64,000 nt of DNA, taken from NCBI GenBank assembly GCA_977017575.1, contig CDRNVI010000033.1:1-64000 (forward strand), given 5' to 3'. The translations under genes and the position numbers were made by a program. The stretch comes from Paramoeba atlantica (lineage: Eukaryota; Protista; Discosea). Of this stretch, positions 1 through 10,266 are shown piece by piece. The notes beneath the pieces are model-generated. The model was not told the DNA's origin. It saw only the letters and a program-made list of their open reading frames with translations, and ran no database searches. Each line of letters starts with the position of its first letter. Position 1 is the first letter of the stretch.

Positions 1-301
1 ATATCATTTGTATGTCACACAAGGTTGCGGCTTGCCGGGTTCACTTTGGTTAGGCAAAGAAAAGTGCGTTAAAAATGTTTTGCTAGTTTTGCTAGTTATC
101 AGTGTTTTCATGCATTTTGGTTAGGAAAAATAGATGGTTTGCCCTTTTCTTGTATGATAGTCTCGGTTATGCGATACGTAGAGAGAGACTTGTCGGCTTG
201 TTTGATTAATCTTTCCGTTCTTGCCATATTTCACAATATATTTCACTTGTGTTGTATGTACGGGTATACCATGACGTTGTCCAATTGATTCGATAAGTAC
301 A

Positions 302-928
302 ATGGCGGAGCGCACAGCTGAAAATCGTATTCGTACCACAGACTGGGAAGATATTCAATATCGCTATGGTAACCTCGTAGGGAAGTATCGACATCATGAA
401 ACAGCAATTATTGACCAACAACGTCGTGATCTCCAAGAAGGGAGTGATTTTTCAATTTACAACCCATCCGAGGAGAAGGAACGAACCCGTTTTTCCGACG
501 ACGATGATTGCAAAGATTGCCGCGATAGTGAACTAGATATGCTGCGACAAAAAAGACTAGCACAGATGCAGAGGGAGCATGAGGGATATGGTCATATTCG
601 GCACATTGCAGAAAGTGCGTACATCGATGAGGTAACCGTGGCAAGCCATAATGCAGACGTGTTTGTTATATTGATGGACCCCGAGCACCAGGGATGCAAG
701 ACTCTTCGCACCACTATGCAGGAAGTTTGTGGACGGTACTCGCGTGTAAAATTCGTAGAAGCCGTAGCATCGAAGGTGTGTGCACAGTTTCCTCTATCGG
801 GGCTTCCTCTAACTCTTCTCTATCGTAGAGGTGAAATCGTGTCTCAGCTGTGTGGTCTATCTCCGTGGGGCGGATCTTCGCTCAATGAAGTTTCTGTTAT
901 TCAATGTTTGAATAGAATTTTATCATAG
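302..928 (+). CDS. Phosducin-like protein (PhLP2/PDCL3 type, thioredoxin fold)
   Basis: N-terminal TDWEDIQYRYG resembles the PhLP2 TEWNDIL motif. It is followed by an acidic stretch, LDMLRQKRLAQM, YGHIRHI and a thioredoxin-like C-terminus (VKFVEA, LPLTLLYRRGEIV). Confidence 0.75.
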   Translation: MAERTAENRIRTTDWEDIQYRYGNLVGKYRHHETAIIDQQRRDLQEGSDFSIYNPSEEKERTRFSDDDDCKDCRDSELDMLRQKRLAQMQREHEGYGHIRHIAESAYIDEVTVASHNADVFVILMDPEHQGCKTLRTTMQEVCGRYSRVKFVEAVASKVCAQFPLSGLPLTLLYRRGEIVSQLCGLSPWGGSSLNEVSVIQCLNRILS

Positions 929-1149
929 ACAAGGATTCGTACCTACTGGGAGTTGCATTAATAATTATAAATATAAAAAATAAAACTTTTGTATTTATAA
1001 TTATAATTATAAATATAAATAATAATGCAACTGGGCCTCTTGCTTTTTTACGAATGATACTACGTGTACTACTACATGTACTAACCCCCCCTGGTTATAA
1101 ACATTTATATACACATAATTATCTGTATATATAAGTGTAAGTGTATATA

Positions 1150-2365
1150 AACCCCTGGCCAAAATAAGGCACCCCCCTCTAAAAATTCGATGCTTTGTTT
1201 GTTTGAGCTAATTTCAATGGCATTTTGCAGATCTCAGTTCGGGATTTATGTCCTCCCACACTTGGTCACTAGTCCTATAGCTATTTATAAAGTGGAAACT
1301 ATTTACCACTTTTTTACCTTTTCGCCACCTAGTTCGACGCAGGCCTTCAGTCTACGATCGAAACTTAAGATGGTATCATTTATCATCTCAGTCGGTAAAG
1401 AACTCCATGTGTTTAGAATACACCTTTGCAATTCGGAAACTGTAGATGGTAGCTTTTCATTTACGTCTTGTTGTACCATTGACCATATGTTTTCAATGGG
1501 AGAAAGATCGGGAGAATTTGGGGGCCAATTTTTTAGTAGATTAATTTTTCGTTTGTTCACGTAATTTATGGTGGCCTTGGCCGTATGAGCGGTGGCACCA
1601 TCTTGTTGAAGTATTCTTTTGCGGGGGAAATAAACATGTTTTAGTGTGTCTATGTATGTTTCGTGGGTAATAGAGGTCCTGCTGGATAAAATTTTTAAGC
1701 ATCTCCAGTTAATTCCTATAGCACCCCACACCTGACACTTAGGCGCCCAGCGCACCTTTAGTCTCTTTGCAGGGGTCTCTCCTTTTTTTACCCACATTTT
1801 CATTCGATTATCGTTTGTATCAAACACCTTCTCATCTGAGAATATCAATTTCGATGTGTCCTCTTTGTAATTTAAAGAAAACTGTACGCGTTTTTCTTTT
1901 TGTACAGCGGTGAGCCCTTGTGAAATTGGGCGTGGCCTATATTGATGCCCTGCTTTCAATCCTTTTTTTACGAGACTTTATTTTTTTTTTCTGTGGGGAT
2001 TTCTTTAGGCTTTTTTTTCGTCTCAATTTTGGGGTGATCACGGAGATATTTTCGAATGTATTTCACGCTTACATTCAATTCACGTGCTATTCGTTTCTTT
2101 GGGATGCCATCTTGAAACCTTAAAAGCATGAGTTCCTTCCCCAGGGGGCTGAGGCCACCTTTCGGAGGCCTGCGGAATGATTTTTTCATAAATCGACCCT
2201 AATGTTAAAGTGGTAAAATATTTTTTTATTTTTTTATTTTTCATGAGCTAAAAACAGCGGGAACGTACAGATCTCAAAATTTTGAACGAAAACATGGTAT
2301 GATAACCCTACCATACCTCCTCATGCAAAAAATAAGGGGGGGTGCCTTATTGGTGGCCAGGGGTT
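1150..2365 (-). mobile_element. Tc1/mariner (IS630-Tc1-mariner) DNA transposon, ~1.2 kb
   Basis: Terminal inverted repeats AACCCCTGGCCAAAATAAGGCACCCCCC (1150-1177) and the reverse complement AACCCCTGGCCACCAATAAGGCACCCCCC (ending 2365). TA dinucleotides flank both sides (1148-49, 2366-67), and the element encodes a transposase. Confidence 0.9.
1303..2189 (-). pseudogene. Tc1-like DD35E transposase split into two frames
   Basis: ORF 1968-2189 has an HTH (GIPKKRIARELNVSVKYIRKYL). ORF 1303-1959 has IFSDEK, LQQDGATAHT and WPPNSPDLSPIENIW, with 35 residues between the second D and E. The frame break lies at about 1968-1980, beside A-runs. Confidence 0.85.
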
Positions 2366-2809
2366 TATAACCGTAAGTGTATATATAAGCGAGGGGGGGT
2401 TACTACATGTCCGCGTTAATACCATCAGTGAGGCAGTAGTACCATGAAAGAATTATAAACCCTTAATAATTATAAATTTAGGACTTGTACAAATTTATAA
2501 TTATTAATGCAACTTACAGTAGTGTATTGTCAGGCGGTCATTAGTAATGCTTTGCCCAGGGTTTACATTCTCATAGTTCTTCCTTGTGTTCTTTCATGTG
2601 TCTGTTTTAGAAGCCGTCGTTTCATGTTGCTATTTTGCTATTATTCATGAATGAAGCTGGTGTCCCCATGCACGGCTCACCCTTTAGCGTTGGAATACGC
2701 ATGTTTGCGTGTCGTTTTGCCATGCAGCCTTCGGCAGCTTTCAGTCCACCGGAAAACTGCGTCATTAAAGTGATAAGAAGGGCACGATAAGGAATGAGTC
2801 ATCGCTGTG

Positions 2810-5800
2810 ATGACCCCATCCGTTCTTCCTCTTTCGCTGTGTCGAATTCTCCTTCACCTTGTCGTATCACAAATCGGTCTGGTGTCCGGTGAAAACACCT
2901 TTGTCTACCGCTCATGGGGTCGTCCCACACCTCTCCGTCTCATTCTCACCCCATTCTACTCCATACAGCCACATAACGAGCTGACCCATGAGCCCTGTAA
3001 TGCTACGGAATCGGAACCGTGCATGGGAGGATGGGCCCGACTAAACGCGCGAGTTCGTCACGCGCGTCAAACCGCGACGGACCCAGAAAGTGTGTTTTCC
3101 ATATTCTTTGTGGACGACGCCTCCTCGCTTGTCAGCGAACACCCCCTCACCTTTGGACTCAACCACGAAGTGATGCACCGCAGTCACGGAGATGCATTCG
3201 TCCTGGAGCACTGGACAATGCTCCGCCCCTACGAACCTCGTGTGTGGGATTTTGCCAAACAAAGCCGTGTCCTCCAAACCCCCCTCATCACGCTCAGCAA
3301 CCTCCGCCTCACCCCCCCCGCCTTCCATCTCGTCCACCAGCGCTACACCTTCAAACGGGTCGGGCGCTACACCGTCCTTCTCTTCTCCGTCGTCGACCCC
3401 TCCCACGACGCCCACCCCCTGCTCTCCCTCAACACCACCCTACTCAACCTTATCAAACCGCTTAAAAAGTGCCTCAACCCCGATGTGGTGGTACTCCTCA
3501 TGACACGCCTCCAACGGGACTCCAACGACCTTATTTTAGACTCCCCCCTGGTGGATCTCTTCATTCGTAAACGGTTCCACACGCGTCGCAGTGCCATCAC
3601 GGCCCACCGCTACACCACCGTCGTGGATCTCCACAGTAAACGCTCCCACGTGTTTGCGTTGGATTGGGACCCGACTCATCGGACAGTACTGAGCCACACC
3701 GCAGAGAGTGTGTTGGTGCCGCTCCCGGGAGACCTGAGCGGGGAGCGGTATCAACAGGACTGTGCGTTCCTGCAACAACAGATTGATCTTGCGGCATTGA
3801 AAGGGGGCGAGAGGATAGGGACAGCGCTGTCGGAGGTGAGGAGTACTCGAATTCACACAAGTTACTGTCGCGTGGGAGAGTGTGCGCTGGGGCGTTTGTT
3901 TGCGGACGCGGCGTATGAAGCGGTTTATGACCACAACGGCGTCGATTTTGCGGTAGTGGAAGGAGGGGCACTGCGAAAGGGATGGAGTCCGGGTCCGTTT
4001 CGTGCAAGTCAGCTCTACAGTAGTTTTCCGCAGACCGCTCGGCTTTGTGCGGTGCACATGTGGGGTGCGGATGTGTGGCGAATGCTTAATTTTAGTGTTT
4101 CTGCGGCGATGGAGACTACATTGGATAGTACGGGGTATAAAGGCACAGAGCGGTTTCTCCAGGTCAGTCACTTGCGCTATGAGTACGTCTCCACTCGTAC
4201 GGTTTCAGAGGAATCCTCGAGGTTGGTTCTTGTCGAAGTTTATGATGCACGCACGGGGGGCTGGAAAGAACTCGTAAGAGGGCGTCAGTACACTTTCGTC
4301 ACCACAGAAGATTTATGTTCCGGTCGAATGGGGTACGACAAGTCGGTCTTTCGACCCGTATCCTACGATATTTTAAATGGCACCATTCAACATGCAGGCG
4401 AAGTCTTCATTCGGACTACAGGATGCGTTAATCCGGTCTTAGACAAACGCATTGTGCGTCACACAGGAGGAAACAGAACGGACCTGGGCACTTTTATGCT
4501 GCCCCCAAAGTGCCAACAGGACTGTCATCCTGGTACTTTTTGGGTCTCCGAAGCACATGACTGTGTGTCGTGTCCCATAGGGTATTACCAGCCCTACAGC
4601 GCACAAGATTACTGTCTACCGCTTCTACTTGATCCAGCGGTCTCGAGAGAAGCTCTGGCAGCGGGGGTTCTCAGCGCCATTGCTTGTATTATTTTAGCCT
4701 TAACGTTTCCTCTTTTATGGCAATGGGCAAAAAGCTCTCAACTTACGCACGACCTCAAGGACAATGAACGGATTGCTGGTGAGCTTGCGGATGGCATTGC
4801 CTCAAGAAACTTTGAACGAGTGTCCTACTTGGAGCGTATAGCGCACCCTACTCGAATACAAAGCGCATTCATTGCTATCTTACGTACATTACGTGCTTAT
4901 GAGACTAGCCCACAGTCTCAAGTGAGTCCTGCTGGACTTACATTCAACTCCGAAAGCACGAAGACTTGCATTTTCTTGCAGATATTTTGGAAATTCATAA
5001 AATCTTCTCCAGACGAATGCGACATTCGATTGTGGTTGAAAACGTTGTGTTCTGTCATTGAGAAAATATCTAGCATGTATAGTGGCACTGTATACTCGTA
5101 CAGCGCTGATTTCCTTACCGTTCGATGGGAAGGAGACAAAAAAAGGCAGAATGTTCTCTCTTCAGTAACTTTACTAAAAAGAAAGTTAGATGGCTCATCT
5201 CGGCTACCAGTTTATTGGTACGCTACTCTGGAGAATAGGGCGCCCGGTTCACAAGTTATAAATTCAACCATTTCGTCAACACGCCGGAATACGCCTAAGC
5301 GTATGTTGTACTCTACATATGACTCACTAGGAACATTGAGTGATGGGGACAAACTCGTATACAAAATTCAATCTGCTGAATTTCTCTTTAACCGCCGAAA
5401 AATCACAGAATCAAATTCCTGCAGTAGCGTCTCCCGGGAGATGTCTTCTTCAGCCGAAGCTCTTAGCGAAAACTACCCGTATGGCACAGTACGATCCTGT
5501 GAAATCGAGTCACTACTCAACTACGATATCCTACGCGAAGCCTCTGGCCGAGTGTGGTACCTTTCGCGGAAACTCCTCGGGGAGGGAGGTTTTAGTAAAG
5601 TTTACCTTGGGATTGATACCCATGGAAAACAAGTCGCAATGAAAAAGATCCCCCTTGCTTCCATCAACACCCCCACAACCCATCCCCTCCCTTTGCGACA
5701 CCTCACGCGGGAAATCTCCTTTCTGTGTCGCCTAAACCACCGCAATGTCCTGCGCTACGAGTGCAGTCTACTCTCCAGCGAGAACCTCATCCTTGTGCTG

Positions 5801-6367
5801 GAGTACATGGGCGGAGGCTCCCTAGCTGCGCTCCTCACTCGCTTCGGACCTCTACGCCCACAAATCGCGATTCGCTATCTCCGGGATATCCTACATGGGA
5901 TTCACTACCTCCATAACCGTGGGATTCTCCATCGGGATATTAAACCCGGCAATATTTTAATTTCCTCCTATGGAGGGAGATGTAAAATTGGGGACTTTGG
6001 CACGGCGATCGCATCCGTTCGTGCGCGAGAAAGCATCGAGCCAAAGTCTGCAGTCCCGATAGGAACTCCATGGTACATGTCCCCGGAGCAATGCCGGGGA
6101 GTGTGCTCCGAACACAGCGATCTATGGTCCCTGGGGGTACTCACGCATGAGGTGCTTACAGGATCCCTGCCGTATGCGTTAGACGAGGATCTACGCAGTA
6201 CTCCGGAAGTCTTTATTCATGCTCTTGGGAGTGGGCAGATGTGTCCTACACTCGCAACCGGGCTGACGGCAAGTGCCGGATCCTTCCTGAAAAAAATATT
6301 TTTTGGACAGGAGAGGGTATGCGACGCAAAAGTTCTTCTTCGGCACAGATTTTTACTTGATATTTAA
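2810..6367 (+). CDS. Receptor-like Ser/Thr kinase: signal peptide, degenerate 5'-nucleotidase ectodomain, Cys-rich repeat, TM helix, degenerate cyclase-like region, STE/MAP3K-like kinase
   Basis: Hydrophobic N-terminus; CMGGWARL (CD73 has CMGGVARL); CRVGECALGRLFADA, EGGALR and FLQVS (5'-nucleotidase C domain); CHPGTF..CVSCPIGYYQPYSAQDYC; TM AAGVLSAIACIILALTFPLLW. Kinase motifs GEGGFSKV, VAMK, HRDIKPGN, DFG and GTPWYMSPE. First ATG at 2810. Confidence 0.85.
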   Translation: MTPSVLPLSLCRILLHLVVSQIGLVSGENTFVYRSWGRPTPLRLILTPFYSIQPHNELTHEPCNATESEPCMGGWARLNARVRHARQTATDPESVFSIFFVDDASSLVSEHPLTFGLNHEVMHRSHGDAFVLEHWTMLRPYEPRVWDFAKQSRVLQTPLITLSNLRLTPPAFHLVHQRYTFKRVGRYTVLLFSVVDPSHDAHPLLSLNTTLLNLIKPLKKCLNPDVVVLLMTRLQRDSNDLILDSPLVDLFIRKRFHTRRSAITAHRYTTVVDLHSKRSHVFALDWDPTHRTVLSHTAESVLVPLPGDLSGERYQQDCAFLQQQIDLAALKGGERIGTALSEVRSTRIHTSYCRVGECALGRLFADAAYEAVYDHNGVDFAVVEGGALRKGWSPGPFRASQLYSSFPQTARLCAVHMWGADVWRMLNFSVSAAMETTLDSTGYKGTERFLQVSHLRYEYVSTRTVSEESSRLVLVEVYDARTGGWKELVRGRQYTFVTTEDLCSGRMGYDKSVFRPVSYDILNGTIQHAGEVFIRTTGCVNPVLDKRIVRHTGGNRTDLGTFMLPPKCQQDCHPGTFWVSEAHDCVSCPIGYYQPYSAQDYCLPLLLDPAVSREALAAGVLSAIACIILALTFPLLWQWAKSSQLTHDLKDNERIAGELADGIASRNFERVSYLERIAHPTRIQSAFIAILRTLRAYETSPQSQVSPAGLTFNSESTKTCIFLQIFWKFIKSSPDECDIRLWLKTLCSVIEKISSMYSGTVYSYSADFLTVRWEGDKKRQNVLSSVTLLKRKLDGSSRLPVYWYATLENRAPGSQVINSTISSTRRNTPKRMLYSTYDSLGTLSDGDKLVYKIQSAEFLFNRRKITESNSCSSVSREMSSSAEALSENYPYGTVRSCEIESLLNYDILREASGRVWYLSRKLLGEGGFSKVYLGIDTHGKQVAMKKIPLASINTPTTHPLPLRHLTREISFLCRLNHRNVLRYECSLLSSENLILVLEYMGGGSLAALLTRFGPLRPQIAIRYLRDILHGIHYLHNRGILHRDIKPGNILISSYGGRCKIGDFGTAIASVRARESIEPKSAVPIGTPWYMSPEQCRGVCSEHSDLWSLGVLTHEVLTGSLPYALDEDLRSTPEVFIHALGSGQMCPTLATGLTASAGSFLKKIFFGQERVCDAKVLLRHRFLLDI

Positions 6368-6577
6368 AGAGTAGAGGGGTTAGATGTATTTTTTTAGTGA
6401 TGTAGAAAGAGTACGTTATTTCGAGGTATCACACGCTTTTGGACTTTTTCAGAATCTTTTTTAGACGTTTTTTGATAGCGAGAAAAATAGATGTACGCGT
6501 GCAATGTGAATATCTTCTCTAGGATCTTTCATATTTCTTGAAAACTCCACCCTATTCCATGCTAAACTAAATTTCAC

Positions 6578-8593
6578 ATGCCGAGCGATCAGCGTCCGAG
6601 CACCCATTCCGGGAAGTGGACCAGTAAGGTGCCCAAAAGCACCACCACCGCCCCGTTACTTGGTCCCCTCCGTTCTTCCCACTATAGTTCACAATCGGCC
6701 AACGCTCATACGACGACCTCTGAGGATGGAAGTCCCTCACCGGGGAACGGTTCGCATCGTCAGGGCTCAGCGGACTACCGGAGTGGGCAGGGTAACTCCT
6801 GGCAGCTCCCTGACTCGGCATGGAGTCCAGAGGAGCGCTCACGTTCCTACACAAGCCCTCAACCCCCCTCGAAGGCCTCGTATAGCTTCTTTGGTCTCAG
6901 CAGCCCTGCCTGGATGCAAGGTCGCTATGGTGGGATTCTGTTTGTTTTGCTGTTCGTGTGGGCCGCCGTGAGCAGCGGGTTTCTGGGCTATGCGCTGTAT
7001 CACAAAACGCTCCGCATGGACGTGTTTGCGGGACGGGTCAACCAGGATGGGGTGCGGGATCTGAGCGCGCTTCCGTTGGTAAAGAAACGGGTAACGATAC
7101 TGCATTTTAATGATATCTATGAGTTAGGGCAGCTCGGAGACCGTGGGGGGCTCTCTCGTGCGATCTATCAAAAGGAATTGTACGAAAACGCCAACCCGGG
7201 AAACACGATTGCTGTTTTTTCTGGTGACCTATTAAGTCCTTCTGCAATGTCCACTGCACTGCTTGACGAAAAAGGGAGCAGCCTTAACGGAATTCAAATG
7301 GTAAATGTTACGAATCTCTTGTTCGACATTGCAACATTCGGCAACCATGAGTTTGATCTGAAACCGCTCGTGTTACGGCAACGGCTTCAGGAATCCAACT
7401 ACCCTTGGATTGCATCTAACGTGATGTCAGATTTCTTTCCTCCCTCGAAAACTCCCCCTTTCGTGGTGAAAATGCTAGGAGGAATTAAGATAGGGTTCAT
7501 CAGCGCAGTGATTGACACCATTACTCCCCCGTACGTTCAAATTCTGGGCATTCGCGAAACTGTGGATCGACTCAAAAAAGAGTTAATTCCTCATCTTCGT
7601 GAGCAGCTCGGGGTAGAGTTCGTCGTTGCCTTAACACATCTAGCGTGGGTGGATGACATTCGTCTCATTCAGGAAGAGATCGGCATCGATCTCGTGCTTG
7701 GCGGTCACGATCATGAGAACATGCTTTACCGCGTGTCCAATGACTTGGTACCTTTAGCCAAGGCGGACTCCAACACTCGCAGTTTCTATGTCCATGAAAT
7801 TTACGCGAATCCGAAATACTCCAAACGGGGTTCAACCTCGACCGAACCCCCGTTTGTGATTCGCAGTGAGCTCAAACCCGTCACAAAGGATTTGCCAACG
7901 AACGCGGAGGCAGACCGACTGATCCAGTATTGGTGGTCCCAAGCCCACACCTCCTTCCTGCGACAAGGGTTTGATTTGGACTCCATCGTCACTACGCTGC
8001 CGGAGGGCATTACCTGGGATGCACGTAACCATGTGATTCGTCAAGGAACCAATGACCTCACCTTCGTTGTGGGGGAAAGTATGCAATACTGTGCAGCCAA
8101 GAAGTATCAATACGCGCTGGATGGTGCCATCTACAATGTGGGCATGCTTCGTGTGGATGACATTATGGACTCGGGGGAGATCTCAACCTACGATGTGCTA
8201 CGTGTGTTGCCTTTTCTGGATATGCTGTGTGTTGTACGTGTCCGCGGGGATATTTTACTTAAAGTGTTTGACAAATCACGTACGCACAATGTATGGTTGG
8301 GTGGTTTTATTCAGTTGTCACATCACTTTAGCGCAGGATGTATGGAAGTGCTCTCTGAGGATCGAAAGTGGGATAAGAGACAGGAATGCACCCTGAACGG
8401 GTCTCCCATTCGCAAGAATAAGATGTACACACTGGCGACTAGTCAGTATCTCGTTTCTGGGCAAGAAATCAATTTATCGTTTTTTAATGCCGCGACGAAT
8501 CCATCTGTCGAGTTGGTGTGGAAAACGCAGGATGACTTTCGTAAATGCTTTATCGACTATTTGGAGGACCGTGGTCCTCTGTTTCGCCCGTAG
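6578..8593 (+). CDS. Type II membrane 5'-nucleotidase (metallophosphoesterase plus 5'-nucleotidase C domain)
   Basis: Ser/Pro-rich N-tail and a single TM (GGILFVLLFVWAAVSSGFLGYALY). Metal motifs ILHFNDIY, SGD, FGNHEFD, ALTH and LGGHDH; C-domain IYNVGMLR, VLPF and FIQLS. Confidence 0.88.
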   Translation: MPSDQRPSTHSGKWTSKVPKSTTTAPLLGPLRSSHYSSQSANAHTTTSEDGSPSPGNGSHRQGSADYRSGQGNSWQLPDSAWSPEERSRSYTSPQPPSKASYSFFGLSSPAWMQGRYGGILFVLLFVWAAVSSGFLGYALYHKTLRMDVFAGRVNQDGVRDLSALPLVKKRVTILHFNDIYELGQLGDRGGLSRAIYQKELYENANPGNTIAVFSGDLLSPSAMSTALLDEKGSSLNGIQMVNVTNLLFDIATFGNHEFDLKPLVLRQRLQESNYPWIASNVMSDFFPPSKTPPFVVKMLGGIKIGFISAVIDTITPPYVQILGIRETVDRLKKELIPHLREQLGVEFVVALTHLAWVDDIRLIQEEIGIDLVLGGHDHENMLYRVSNDLVPLAKADSNTRSFYVHEIYANPKYSKRGSTSTEPPFVIRSELKPVTKDLPTNAEADRLIQYWWSQAHTSFLRQGFDLDSIVTTLPEGITWDARNHVIRQGTNDLTFVVGESMQYCAAKKYQYALDGAIYNVGMLRVDDIMDSGEISTYDVLRVLPFLDMLCVVRVRGDILLKVFDKSRTHNVWLGGFIQLSHHFSAGCMEVLSEDRKWDKRQECTLNGSPIRKNKMYTLATSQYLVSGQEINLSFFNAATNPSVELVWKTQDDFRKCFIDYLEDRGPLFRP

Positions 8594-8925
8594 ATTCCGG
8601 TAGAGGGAATTAAAGACTTTTGCAAATATACCTTTAAATTGTTCTGGGCTAAATTTATGGGCATTGGCTTGCAGTTATGGGCAACCTTGGCGTTGGCGGT
8701 TGGTTCACTCACACTTAGTTTTCTTATTTTTGCATAATACCGACAGAAGTTAAGAAGAAGTATAAAAGAAATGCATATCTCCTCAATGTTTCATCACACC
8801 AAGCTACAAAAATAAATCTTATGTTATTCTCCCACTCCCCCCAAAAGAACCCACCCACCTTTTTATCCACAACACCTTCCGCGCTACACCTCCTCCCTCC
8901 TTCCCCCCATGTCACCCACCCCCCC

Positions 8926-10266
8926 ATGCCCCCTCCCCCCCTAACCCCCTCCTCCACCCTCTGCGTCGTCGGACTCGTCGACTCCGGCAAATCCACCCTC
9001 CTCGGTCGTCTGCTCTCCGACGCGGGGCACCTGGACCCCAAGACGCTCCACAAGGCCTCCCGGGAGGCCCAGAAGCGCGGCAGGCCCTCCCAGCACTATG
9101 CCTACCTGATGGACACCACCGCCGCGGAGCGGCAGCGTGGGATTACGTTGGATCTCGCCTACCACACGCTATCCAGGGCGACGGGTCGGAATCTAACCCT
9201 AGTGGACTCCCCGGGCCACCGGAACTTACTCCCCCGCGTCGCGGCGGCCTGCGCACAGGCCGATATCGCGCTGCTCGTGATGGACGTCGGGGAGCCATGG
9301 GGCGAGACCGGGGAGAGAGGGGGGGGCGAGACCCCCGAAGGCAAGGCCACAGGTTCACAGCTTCGCGAGCTTGTGTTTCTGCTCCGTATGTCGGGGATTG
9401 GGCACGTCGTGGTGGGGGTGAATAAAATGGATAGTGTGGGTTTAGGGGAGAGTGAGGAAAAGTACCGTATAGCGCGTGAGGGGGTAGAGCAGTGTTTATC
9501 CCGGGTAGGGTATGGGCCCTCGGAGGTGGCTATGGTTCCTGTTAGTGCGCTGCAGGGTCATAATTTGTTGTCCAACCAAAATAATTACGCATGGTACCAC
9601 GGTCCTTCCTTGGTGGACACGCTGTCCTCCATTGTTCCAAAACAACGGCCGGTTGGCTTTCCATTTCGTATGCCGGTTCTGGATGCCTATCGCGTGCAGA
9701 ACCAGAAAGGGGTCATTCTACGCGGTATTCTTGTCTCCGGACAGGTCCGCGCGGGAGATGAAATCCTCATCGCTCCTGATCAGCTACGACTCACTTGTCG
9801 ATCCGTGCGAGCGAATGGGGAAGAGATCCAGGCCACAGCAGGGGAGATGACAGAGATTATCGTACACTGCGAGGAAGAACAAGTCACGTCCGGTATGGTA
9901 GTCCATACGCCGGAGCGTACGCTTCGTATTTCTTCCACGATCGAGGCCCGGATGATTCTCTCCCCACTGGCAAACAAAGCGCTGTTAATGGGATCCCAGG
10001 CGCTTCTGTTGATGCATCACTGGAGCAGTGAGGTGACCGTTCTGCGTTGTCTCAGTCAACTGGACAAGAAGACGGGACAAGTCATAAAACCGTTTCCGAA
10101 ATGTCTACGTGCGGAGCAGTGTGGTGTGGTTCTGCTGCGTGCCACCCGCCCTGTGTGTGGGGAAGTGTTTACCGAACACAAGAGCTGTCTCTCCCGGATT
10201 ACCCTTGTGGATAACAACACGGTTTTGGCAGCCGGGGTGATTCTTTCTTTTCATGAGGATTCATAG
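8926..10266 (+). CDS. HBS1: HBS1-like translational GTPase (EF1A/eRF3 family)
   Basis: G1 GLVDSGKST, ERQRGITLD, DSPGH, NKMD and VSALQGHNL. C-terminal KKTGQVIKPFPKCL and RITL..NNTVLAAGVI are closer to HBS1 than to eRF3. First ATG in the frame is 8926 (ORF track starts at 8821). Confidence 0.72.
   Translation: MPPPPLTPSSTLCVVGLVDSGKSTLLGRLLSDAGHLDPKTLHKASREAQKRGRPSQHYAYLMDTTAAERQRGITLDLAYHTLSRATGRNLTLVDSPGHRNLLPRVAAACAQADIALLVMDVGEPWGETGERGGGETPEGKATGSQLRELVFLLRMSGIGHVVVGVNKMDSVGLGESEEKYRIAREGVEQCLSRVGYGPSEVAMVPVSALQGHNLLSNQNNYAWYHGPSLVDTLSSIVPKQRPVGFPFRMPVLDAYRVQNQKGVILRGILVSGQVRAGDEILIAPDQLRLTCRSVRANGEEIQATAGEMTEIIVHCEEEQVTSGMVVHTPERTLRISSTIEARMILSPLANKALLMGSQALLLMHHWSSEVTVLRCLSQLDKKTGQVIKPFPKCLRAEQCGVVLLRATRPVCGEVFTEHKSCLSRITLVDNNTVLAAGVILSFHEDS

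Larger units (their letters stand above)
1084..2400. mobile_element. Outer TA-flanked MITE-like element into which the Tc1 element is nested
   Basis: TA|ACCCCCCCT at 1082-1092 and AGGGGGGGT|TA at 2392-2402. The inverted match extends to acatgta/tacatgt (1074-1080, 2404-2410) and to internal tatatacac/gtgtatata. Confidence 0.55.
951..2514. repeat. Outermost 22-bp perfect inverted repeat pair (951-972 / 2493-2514) bracketing the transposon
   Basis: agttgcattaataattataaat at 951-972 is the exact reverse complement of atttataattattaatgcaact at 2493-2514. A partial reverse copy (ataatgcaact) lies at about 1022-1032. Confidence 0.75.

Noticed and set aside
1963-1991. Programmed -1 frameshift at the A10 run in the transposase
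   Set aside because: A -1 slip in the run meets TAA at 1980-1978 at once, so a plain indel or sequencing error is more likely.
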